Shown piece after piece: positions 7,533 through 13,437 of a DNA stretch of 64,000 nt (the stretch's first letter is position 1; each line of letters opens with the position of its first letter). The notes under the pieces are model-generated. The model saw only the letters and a list, made by a program, of their open reading frames with translations, ran no database searches and was not told the origin of the DNA. Source of the stretch: a virus; the IMG/VR virus record IMGVR_UViG_3300010244_000001; one strand, given 5' to 3'. The position numbers were made by a program, and so were the translations under genes.

Positions 7533-7697
7533 ATGAATAACATGGACTTAAACGAAAGAATTAACATGTACAATGATGGGGAATTAGTAGCAGAGAATGT
7601 AACAGTAAAACATACGATAGAAACCAATCAGTATGACCCTTTCGTTGTCGATATGTGTGAAGTACTCAGATATGGAGACCGTTCTTATGACGTATAA
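7533..7697 (+). CDS. hypothetical early protein, 54 aa
   Basis: SD-like GGGGAAAGA before ATG 7533; the frame is open from 7482. Confidence 0.5.
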   Translation: MNNMDLNERINMYNDGELVAENVTVKHTIETNQYDPFVVDMCEVLRYGDRSYDV

Positions 7698-7759
7698 CGA
7701 ATATGGTTAAAAAAGAATTGAGAAAACGATTAAATAAAGACTAGGAGGAATGATTACCA

Positions 7760-8080
7760 GTGAAAAAAGGAAACGAAAAAGAAAAGCTAACGGATGTTAT
7801 CACTCAGGAAGAGAAGTCAGTTAAAACGTGCCATGAATGTGGTATAAATATCATTGGCAACCCTTGGTACCGATTTGTAAAGGAAAGGGGTATCTCAAAG
7901 TCTGTACCTGTATGTGACCATTGTTCAGACCCTTTCCCTCATGGAGCATTCGTGACAGATACACATATCATTCCTTTTAAATCTGAAGATGATAGCAAAG
8001 ATTTTGACACCATAGACAAAGAGAAGTATAACCAACTTATGGATGAAGAGAAGGAAAATTGGAGAAATATTTTATTGTAA
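7760..8080 (+). CDS. Cys-rich (zinc-ribbon-like) early protein, 106 aa
   Basis: SD TAGGAGGAATGAT, GTG 7760; CHECG...CDHC. Confidence 0.7.
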   Translation: MKKGNEKEKLTDVITQEEKSVKTCHECGINIIGNPWYRFVKERGISKSVPVCDHCSDPFPHGAFVTDTHIIPFKSEDDSKDFDTIDKEKYNQLMDEEKENWRNILL

Positions 8081-8084
8081 ACTG

Positions 8085-8113
8085 TTGACAAAAGGACAAT
8101 ATAATGCTATAAT
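8085..8113 (+). promoter_or_regulatory. sigma-A-type early promoter
   Basis: TTGACA(8085-8090)-N17-TGcTATAAT(8105-8113). Confidence 0.8.
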
Positions 8114-8204
8114 GAAATCAGAAATCAGAAATCAGAAATCAGAAATCAGAAATCAGAAATCAGAAATCAGAAATCAGAAATCAGAAATCAGAAATCAGAA
8201 ATTA
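8114..8204 (+). repeat. heptanucleotide microsatellite (GAAATCA) x12 perfect plus 1 imperfect
   Basis: counted units from 8114; abuts the -10 hexamer, so it forms the transcript 5' leader. Confidence 0.95.
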
Positions 8205-8235
8205 ATTAATAAATAAGAAAGAAGAGGAGAAGTAA

Positions 8236-8337
8236 ATGACTAGAGTTGAAGAGGGAGACTTGTGTAAGGTACTAAAGGGTATTATCGATAACTCAAACTC
8301 AAACTCAAACTCAAACTCAAACTCAAACTTAGAGTAA
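8236..8337 (+). CDS. 33-aa peptide with in-frame (Asn-Ser)6 repeat
   Basis: SD AGAGGAGAAGT, ATG 8236; MTRVEEGDLCKVLKGIIDNSNSNSNSNSNSNSNLE*. Confidence 0.45.
   Translation: MTRVEEGDLCKVLKGIIDNSNSNSNSNSNSNLE
8290..8330 (+). repeat. hexanucleotide microsatellite (AACTCA) x6 plus partial
   Basis: counted directly; in frame within 8236..8337. Confidence 0.95.
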
Positions 8338-8358
8338 AAAAAAACAATACTATAACAA

Positions 8359-8455
8359 TTTTACTTTACTATATTAAAGTGAGACGAACCCCTTTATAAA
8401 ATATAATCGAACAAAAAATATTTTTACTTTACTATATTAAAGTGAGACGAACCCC
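8359..8455 (+). repeat. two identical 34-bp direct repeats separated by a 29-bp unique spacer (CRISPR-like geometry, no cas genes in window)
   Basis: TTTTACTTTACTATATTAAAGTGAGACGAACCCC at 8359-8392 and 8422-8455; internal stem ACTTTA/TAAAGT. Confidence 0.9.
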
Positions 8456-8777
8456 AGCTTTTTATATCGTAACGCTATCAGACTTGATGACAAAGTGTGC
8501 ATATGTATATAAACAGTATAACAATTAGCAATATTCACACAACTTAGAATATTCAGACAATTTCAGATTATACCAACCAACACAGAACAATCACAGAGAA
8601 GGCTCATAGGCTTTTCTATGCATATACTAACAAACACTCATGAATAAGTAGAAAACGTCACACAGCCTTCTTAAATGCCCTATATTTGTCTATATTCTTT
8701 TATATCCTTCTGAGAATGCTCATAATCTTATAGATTCTTATAATTTCTCAGATATTTTTATAATCTGAAGATATGTA

Positions 8778-8806
8778 TTGACAAAGGAACAATACCATGA
8801 TATAAT
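8778..8806 (+). promoter_or_regulatory. sigma-A-type early promoter
   Basis: TTGACA(8778-8783)-N17-TGaTATAAT(8798-8806). Confidence 0.8.
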
Positions 8807-8838
8807 GTAGTTACAAACTTAAAGAAAGGGATGATTTG

Positions 8839-8988
8839 ATGATTGTATTACAATGTGAAAACAGCAGTTGCTTAAGTGAAGATTTGGAGACGTATGATGC
8901 GAAGATAGCTGAAACAGGTGAAGACTGGTTCCACTGTAAAGAGTGTGGTAGTAACTTCCATATTCTCAGTGCTCAGTATAATAATTAA
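8839..8988 (+). CDS. 49-aa zinc-ribbon-like peptide
   Basis: SD AAAGGGATGAT, ATG 8839; MIVLQCENSSCLSEDLETYDAKIAETGEDWFHCKECGSNFHILSAQYNN*. Confidence 0.55.
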   Translation: MIVLQCENSSCLSEDLETYDAKIAETGEDWFHCKECGSNFHILSAQYNN

Positions 8989-9005
8989 AATAATCATATA
9001 AACTG

Positions 9006-9034
9006 TTGACAATGAGTTAAGGGTATGTTATTAT
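9006..9034 (+). promoter_or_regulatory. sigma-A-type early promoter
   Basis: TTGACA(9006-9011)-N17-TGtTATTAT(9026-9034). Confidence 0.7.
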
Positions 9035-9040
9035 AGATAT

Positions 9041-9165
9041 ATAAACAAATTAGTTATTGCAGTAGCTGTTTGTTTATAAGGTCAATCCATTTTGGAAACA
9101 AGTATTTCAAACCTTTTACAATTAGCCCAGTGGGAGATTCATTTAAAGTTTCTCCCTTAAATTTT
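9041..9165 (+). ncRNA. candidate small RNA A (promoter-to-hairpin unit without ATG)
   Basis: no ATG in the transcript; 5' hairpin ATAAACAA/TTGTTTAT; 3' hairpin GGGAGA(9132-9137)/TCTCCC(9151-9156) plus TTAAATTTT; paralogue at 10297..10392. Confidence 0.45.
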
Positions 9166-9174
9166 AAAAAGGTG

Positions 9175-9203
9175 TTGACAGATGGACAATAAGGTGTTAT
9201 ACT
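9175..9203 (+). promoter_or_regulatory. sigma-A-type early promoter
   Basis: TTGACA(9175-9180)-N17-TGtTATACT(9195-9203). Confidence 0.8.
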
Positions 9204-9233
9204 TAAGGAAATCAGTCGGAGGAGATGATGTAA

Positions 9234-9323
9234 ATGTTATTTCATATTGTTGCGTTCCTTCTATTCTCAGTTATGTTTTGGATTGGGTTTTGGAGAGGAA
9301 GGGAGAGTAAAGCAAAGTTTTGA
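9234..9323 (+). CDS. 29-aa hydrophobic micropeptide
   Basis: SD GGAGGAGATGATG, ATG 9234; MLFHIVAFLLFSVMFWIGFWRGRESKAKF*. Confidence 0.5.
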   Translation: MLFHIVAFLLFSVMFWIGFWRGRESKAKF

Positions 9324-9343
9324 ATATTTCTTTTAGAAAGGTG

Positions 9344-9372
9344 TTGACAACTAATCAATAGAATGTTATAAT
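9344..9372 (+). promoter_or_regulatory. sigma-A-type early promoter
   Basis: TTGACA(9344-9349)-N17-TGtTATAAT(9364-9372). Confidence 0.8.
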
Positions 9373-9401
9373 AAAGTTAACAAAGATAAGGAGATGATGA
9401 A

Positions 9402-10157
9402 ATGGATAAAGATACAGGAAGGGTGTCACCTGAAATACTTCATGAATGGGACATAGTGGAGAGAGTAGATGGTGGTTGGTTTGCTAATGGAGATTACACA
9501 GCTATTGTAGACCATACGACTGTAGGGAAAGATAATAAGGCTTATATCCACCTTAAGGATACTAAACAAATCATGCCTGAGTTGCAAGTAACTAAAGTCG
9601 GAGTGTATGCCCAAGAATATAGGGACAAAATTAAGGAAAAGGAAGGGGAGAGCAGAGTGTTATTTGAAGTAGGGGACAAAGTACGTAAAAAGAATGGGAA
9701 TACTTTTGTTAATGGTAAAGCGGTTTGTACAGTTAGTTATGTAGAGCCATGTTCTGATTCTGATTATACTCTTATAGTTCTGAAAGAGACAGGTACAAAC
9801 ATATTTGATAAGGATATTGAGTTAGCTTATCAAGGGGAAGAGGAGGATGTGGAAGAGGATTCTGAGAATGTTCCTTACTTTGAGAAAACTACTTCTAACC
9901 CATTATCAGAACTTATTGAACAGGTTGGTTCAAAAAATTCCATTGATGAGAGGATAGATTACTCTTTGTATAGTAGTGTAGATAAGGTAAATCGTATTGT
10001 AGATGATTTGAAAGATGAATATGAAGTAGTTGAAGCATTGCGTGGGGAGTTGAAAGATATTATCAGTCATTATCAGCAGTTGTTTAATGAAGTAAATCAT
10101 AAGAAAACGAAGTTGAACAATGCTATTATTGGATTAGAGAGTGCTTATCTGAATTAA
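9402..10157 (+). CDS. hypothetical early protein, 251 aa; paralogue of 10883..11512
   Basis: SD AAGGAGATGATG; shares the GD-V-RKKNG--F-NG block and a coiled-coil-like tail with 10883..11512. Confidence 0.8.
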   Translation: MDKDTGRVSPEILHEWDIVERVDGGWFANGDYTAIVDHTTVGKDNKAYIHLKDTKQIMPELQVTKVGVYAQEYRDKIKEKEGESRVLFEVGDKVRKKNGNTFVNGKAVCTVSYVEPCSDSDYTLIVLKETGTNIFDKDIELAYQGEEEDVEEDSENVPYFEKTTSNPLSELIEQVGSKNSIDERIDYSLYSSVDKVNRIVDDLKDEYEVVEALRGELKDIISHYQQLFNEVNHKKTKLNNAIIGLESAYLN

Positions 10158-10261
10158 ATATTCTCAATTAGGTACAGTAACTGAGAAAACCAACGCTGTG
10201 TAGATGACTTTTCATTTTCAGATTAGAATCATTCTAATCTAGAGTGATTTTAAATAAGTAG

Positions 10262-10290
10262 TTGACAACGTAAGTAGTTCGTGGTATAGT
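10262..10290 (+). promoter_or_regulatory. sigma-A-type early promoter
   Basis: TTGACA(10262-10267)-N17-TGgTATAGT(10282-10290). Confidence 0.7.
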
Positions 10291-10296
10291 ATAATT

Positions 10297-10392
10297 GTTA
10301 ATATTTCCATCATTGAGGGAATAAAGGTTCCATGTGTGGAAAGCATGGTCAAATAGGGGAGATTCATTTACGTTTTCTCCCTTAAATTTTAA
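10297..10392 (+). ncRNA. candidate small RNA B, paralogue of 9041..9165
   Basis: same 3' module GGGAGATTCATTTA..TTTCTCCCTTAAATTTTAAAAAGGTGTTGACA as RNA A; hairpin TTCCA-TGTG-TGGAA; only a 16-codon ORF with poor SD. Confidence 0.45.
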
Positions 10393-10399
10393 AAAGGTG

Positions 10400-10428
10400 T
10401 TGACAGTTATCCAATAAGATGTTATACT
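10400..10428 (+). promoter_or_regulatory. sigma-A-type early promoter
   Basis: TTGACA(10400-10405)-N17-TGtTATACT(10420-10428). Confidence 0.8.
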
Positions 10429-10460
10429 TAAAGTACAAAATAAAGAGGAGATGATTTGTA

Positions 10461-10673
10461 ATGTTTGGCATTGGGTTGAGCTTAGATAACTTACTTACGA
10501 TTCGTGCATTGATTATGAAAGAGAAAGAGAATATGGAAATGATGATGAAACAGATTGGTGTCAATCCTAAAGAGGATAAGTATTATCAGCGTCTTGTAGA
10601 TGCAGAAGAGAAAGTTGATGGAATAAGGAAATTTGAACAAGATAAAAGGGAAACTTTAAATAAGGGTGTTTAA
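10461..10673 (+). CDS. hypothetical early protein, 70 aa
   Basis: SD GAGGAGATGAT, ATG 10461. Confidence 0.7.
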   Translation: MFGIGLSLDNLLTIRALIMKEKENMEMMMKQIGVNPKEDKYYQRLVDAEEKVDGIRKFEQDKRETLNKGV

Positions 10674-10680
10674 AGGCTTT

Positions 10681-10797
10681 GTGAGACGTTTTTGGGTTTG
10701 CCCTACCAAATACCTTAGTAGCTCTTAGAAACGTCTTCTATGCCTTCATATTTGTCGATTTGAATGATTGTATGATTGATTACTCAGTATCTGATAA
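10681..10797 (+). repeat. dispersed non-coding element, copy B (copy C at 35349..35455; weaker copy near 8600..8700)
   Basis: identical 21-mer CCTTCATATTTGTCGATTTGA at 10743-10763 and 35411-35431; flanks share GTGAGA..CCCTAnCAAATACC..AAACG..TCTA and TACT..GTATCTGA. Confidence 0.8.
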
Positions 10798-10820
10798 GTA
10801 AATTTATTTTTATAAAGGTA

Positions 10821-10849
10821 TTGACAGATATCCAATAGGATGTTATACT
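10821..10849 (+). promoter_or_regulatory. sigma-A-type early promoter
   Basis: TTGACA(10821-10826)-N17-TGtTATACT(10841-10849). Confidence 0.8.
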
Positions 10850-10882
10850 TAGTATAGAAACTTAAGGAAAGGGAGATGTTAA

Positions 10883-11512
10883 ATGAAAGAAGTAAAGTTT
10901 CAAGAGGGAGATGTAGTAAGGAAAAAGAATGGTCAAAAGTTTGCCAATGGAAGATACACATCTACAGTATCAGAGGTTAAGCATACACATATACCTCATG
11001 TTGAGAACGTTATTTGGCTGAAAGAAGCGGGAACGAATGTTGAGGAAAAGTATTTAGAACTAGCTGAGATATATAAGGGAGGATATTCAAAGTTTGAAAT
11101 AGGTGAGTTTATTAAGAGGGTAGACAGATTACCTTTTCCAACAGGTAATACCATTGCTCAGGTAAAAGAGATTGACTTTGCTGAAAATCCTAATAACAAT
11201 CTTATTCTTATTGACAATGGTTTTAGTGTTCTAGAAGCTAACGTAAGACTAGCTGATAAACCAGTAAAGGATAGGGAGGTTAACACTATGAATAAGAATA
11301 CAGAAGAGAATGATATGAATATTACACTGCAATATCTTCAGGCATTAAGTGATGATTTAGGTTCTAAAGCGGAGGTTATTCAATATGGTATTCGTGAATT
11401 AAATAGTAAACTTCAAAACTTTCAGTATGAGTTGAATGAAATTTTTGATAGTCGTAGTAAGATTAATGAAGTTATTGGTACGATTGAAAAACTAAGTAGT
11501 TCAGAGGATTAG
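10883..11512 (+). CDS. hypothetical early protein, 209 aa; paralogue of 9402..10157
   Basis: SD AAGGAAAGGGAGATG; shared motifs with 9402..10157. Confidence 0.8.
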   Translation: MKEVKFQEGDVVRKKNGQKFANGRYTSTVSEVKHTHIPHVENVIWLKEAGTNVEEKYLELAEIYKGGYSKFEIGEFIKRVDRLPFPTGNTIAQVKEIDFAENPNNNLILIDNGFSVLEANVRLADKPVKDREVNTMNKNTEENDMNITLQYLQALSDDLGSKAEVIQYGIRELNSKLQNFQYELNEIFDSRSKINEVIGTIEKLSSSED

Positions 11513-11588
11513 GAAGGGGATTAGGATGATTTACGTTAATGTTAGGGTGTTTGGTTAGGATTAGGTTTAAAATTAAGATAACAGGGGG

Positions 11589-11617
11589 TTGACACTGTTT
11601 CAACTTCCTGATAACAT
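11589..11617 (+). promoter_or_regulatory. weaker sigma-A-type promoter
   Basis: TTGACA(11589-11594)-N17-TGaTAACAT(11609-11617); no coherent ORF downstream. Confidence 0.4.
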
Positions 11618-11821
11618 ATACTCAGGTTACACAAATTATATAAAGGGGAGATGGAGAAACGGAAGAGGAAACAAATTCATTGCGGGACAATTACGTAAAG
11701 AAAGAGGAGTTAACTGGTATCGAATATGAAATAAGGGATATGCAGTAATAAAAGAAGGTGAGGTTAGCCGGGATCTCGGCTAACCAACTAAAAAAAAATT
11801 AAATCGGATTAAATAAATGTA

Positions 11822-11851
11822 TTGACAACTGGTTAACATCTATAGTACAAT
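11822..11851 (+). promoter_or_regulatory. sigma-A-type early promoter
   Basis: TTGACA(11822-11827)-N18-TACAAT(11846-11851). Confidence 0.6.
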
Positions 11852-11882
11852 AAAACTAATCAATCGAAAGGGAAGTGATTTA

Positions 11883-12110
11883 ATGGAAAAATAAACATAT
11901 GTAACAATGGCAGGGAAGAATATGAGAATGGCTGAAACTATTCTAAGAGCAATCGCACCAGAGAGCAAGCCATAGTTTACAACAATGGATATTTTAGAAA
12001 CTGAATCAGTTAATAAATATCTGTATAAAGCACAGTTGACCGAATCAGAGTTAGACGACTTGTTGTCACTTGCTGGTATGGATGCGGTTATAACACAAGT
12101 GGAAGATTAA
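11883..12110 (+). pseudogene. 75-codon reading frame with canonical SD/ATG but two in-frame stops (TAA 11892, TAG 11973)
   Basis: SD AAAGGGAAGTGAT, ATG 11883; MEK*TYVTMAGKNMRMAETILRAIAPESKP*FTTMDILETESVNKYLYKAQLTESELDDLLSLAGMDAVITQVED*, all in one frame. Confidence 0.5.
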
Positions 12111-12129
12111 AAAAAGTTTTAAAAAGCTA

Positions 12130-12158
12130 TTTACAGATAGACAACAAGGTGTTATAAT
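12130..12158 (+). promoter_or_regulatory. sigma-A-type early promoter
   Basis: TTTACA(12130-12135)-N17-TGtTATAAT(12150-12158). Confidence 0.7.
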
Positions 12159-12192
12159 GAAATTAACAAATCAAAGAGAGGGATTGATAAAA

Positions 12193-12513
12193 ATGGAAAA
12201 AACTTATAACGGATTTACAAACTGGGAAACTTGGAACTTCATGCTGTGGAATGGTGAGGTACTGGAAGAGATGATTTTTGACTATGCTTCAGATAGTGAA
12301 ATGGAATCTATCAGTTACAGTGAAGTTTATGAAATTGTAGATGGGTTTATTGATGAATATACAGATGACGACATAGGGACAGTTACAAGGGGAGACGGAT
12401 TTATGCGGGACGCCATGGACAAAATACTACAAAAACTAGATACTCAGGATATAGCGGAACGCGTGCAGGAATCAGTCAATGACCATCTAGAAGACGAGCA
12501 CGTAAACGATTAA
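12193..12513 (+). CDS. hypothetical acidic early protein, 106 aa
   Basis: SD GAGGGATTGAT then ATG 12193 (track ATG 12157 overlaps the -10). Confidence 0.7.
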   Translation: MEKTYNGFTNWETWNFMLWNGEVLEEMIFDYASDSEMESISYSEVYEIVDGFIDEYTDDDIGTVTRGDGFMRDAMDKILQKLDTQDIAERVQESVNDHLEDEHVND

Positions 12514-12531
12514 AAAAAAACTAAATAAGGG

Positions 12532-12561
12532 TTGACAGACAGTTAACCCTTATGATATACT
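12532..12561 (+). promoter_or_regulatory. sigma-A-type early promoter
   Basis: TTGACA(12532-12537)-N18-TGaTATACT(12553-12561). Confidence 0.75.
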
Positions 12562-12592
12562 TAAGTTAGAAATTGAGAGAGGGGGTGAGCAA

Positions 12593-12700
12593 GTGAACAA
12601 ACAAAAAAATCTGGATAGTACAGACAAATTCTTTTTAACTGCATTCGTTATTGTCGTAGCTTTCCTGTGGGTAGAATTAGCTTTTGACATAACAGTTTAA
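12593..12700 (+). CDS. 35-aa membrane micropeptide
   Basis: SD GAGAGGGGGTGA, GTG 12593; (M)NKQKNLDSTDKFFLTAFVIVVAFLWVELAFDITV*. Confidence 0.45.
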   Translation: MNKQKNLDSTDKFFLTAFVIVVAFLWVELAFDITV

Positions 12701-12718
12701 AAAAAATTTGAAAAAGGG

Positions 12719-12748
12719 TTGATAGATAGACAACACCAATGTTATAAT
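12719..12748 (+). promoter_or_regulatory. sigma-A-type early promoter
   Basis: TTGATA(12719-12724)-N18-TGtTATAAT(12740-12748). Confidence 0.7.
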
Positions 12749-12780
12749 AGGGTTATAAGATAAAGAAAGGGATTGATTAA

Positions 12781-13062
12781 ATGGCTTTTGACATGATTAA
12801 CTTTGACATTAAAATGAAGGGATTAGAAACGACTACAGACTTGCTCAATTTTTCAAGAGTGATACTGAGTGAGGCAGAACTAGTAGGAACTCGTAACGAA
12901 CACAAGCGGGTACTAGAAAAACAAGATAAGCTACTGAAAAAGGTGAATAGCGTATTCGAGACTGGTTATTTCACAGGTGATGCATATAGAGAGTTATGGG
13001 AGGCTAAAAACATAATTAACAGTATAGGTGTCAAAGCCAATGAAGTGACGAAAGAAGGCTAA
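12781..13062 (+). CDS. hypothetical early protein, 93 aa
   Basis: SD AAAGGGATTGAT, ATG 12781. Confidence 0.75.
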   Translation: MAFDMINFDIKMKGLETTTDLLNFSRVILSEAELVGTRNEHKRVLEKQDKLLKKVNSVFETGYFTGDAYRELWEAKNIINSIGVKANEVTKEG

Positions 13063-13146
13063 AGACACGACTATTAAAAGCAGGTGGGACTATTCAGATT
13101 CCCACCTGACCAACAGAAAAAAGTTGAATCGGATTGAATAAAGGAT

Positions 13147-13175
13147 TTGACAGATAGACAATACTATGATATACT
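13147..13175 (+). promoter_or_regulatory. sigma-A-type early promoter
   Basis: TTGACA(13147-13152)-N17-TGaTATACT(13167-13175). Confidence 0.8.
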
Positions 13176-13209
13176 GAAAGTACAATATAAAGAAAGGGAT
13201 TGATTAAAT

Positions 13210-13437
13210 ATGACTAACATTTACATGGAAGAGCTGACAAGACTAGAGAGAAAAAAAGAAGAGTTACAAGCGGAACTAGAAGAGTTTATAAGCGAGCCAT
13301 CACAACGAGAGATAGAAGACGAACTAGAAGAGTTAGAAGAGGAGATAGGTAGCGTGGAAGAGCAATTTGAGCAATACAAGTTTGACGGTGGGGACCTGCA
13401 CAAACGTAACGGTGTCAAAGAAATAGACTTCTTATAG
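13210..13437 (+). CDS. hypothetical acidic coiled-coil-like early protein, 75 aa
   Basis: SD AAAGGGATTGAT, ATG 13210. Confidence 0.75.
   Translation: MTNIYMEELTRLERKKEELQAELEEFISEPSQREIEDELEELEEEIGSVEEQFEQYKFDGGDLHKRNGVKEIDFL

Noticed and set aside
8114-8204. The heptamer repeat as a TRAP (trp attenuation protein) binding array
   Set aside because: TRAP prefers GAG or UAG triplets with 2-3-nt spacers. Here the only periodic triplets are CAG or AGA with 4-nt spacers. The sponge idea is kept only as generic speculation.
10721-10763. The dispersed 21-mer as an SPO1-type late promoter (CGTTAGA-N18/19-GATATT)
   Set aside because: Copy B has CTTAGA-N17-CATATT, but copy C and the weaker copies lack any matching -35-like element at that distance.
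11640-11760. A coding gene downstream of the weak promoter at 11589
   Set aside because: All three frames give short fragments (for example MEKRKRKQIHCGTIT*), and none has a proper SD-to-start spacing. This is probably a decayed gene. The following hairpin, 11762-11785, is followed by an A-run, so it is not a canonical terminator on either strand.
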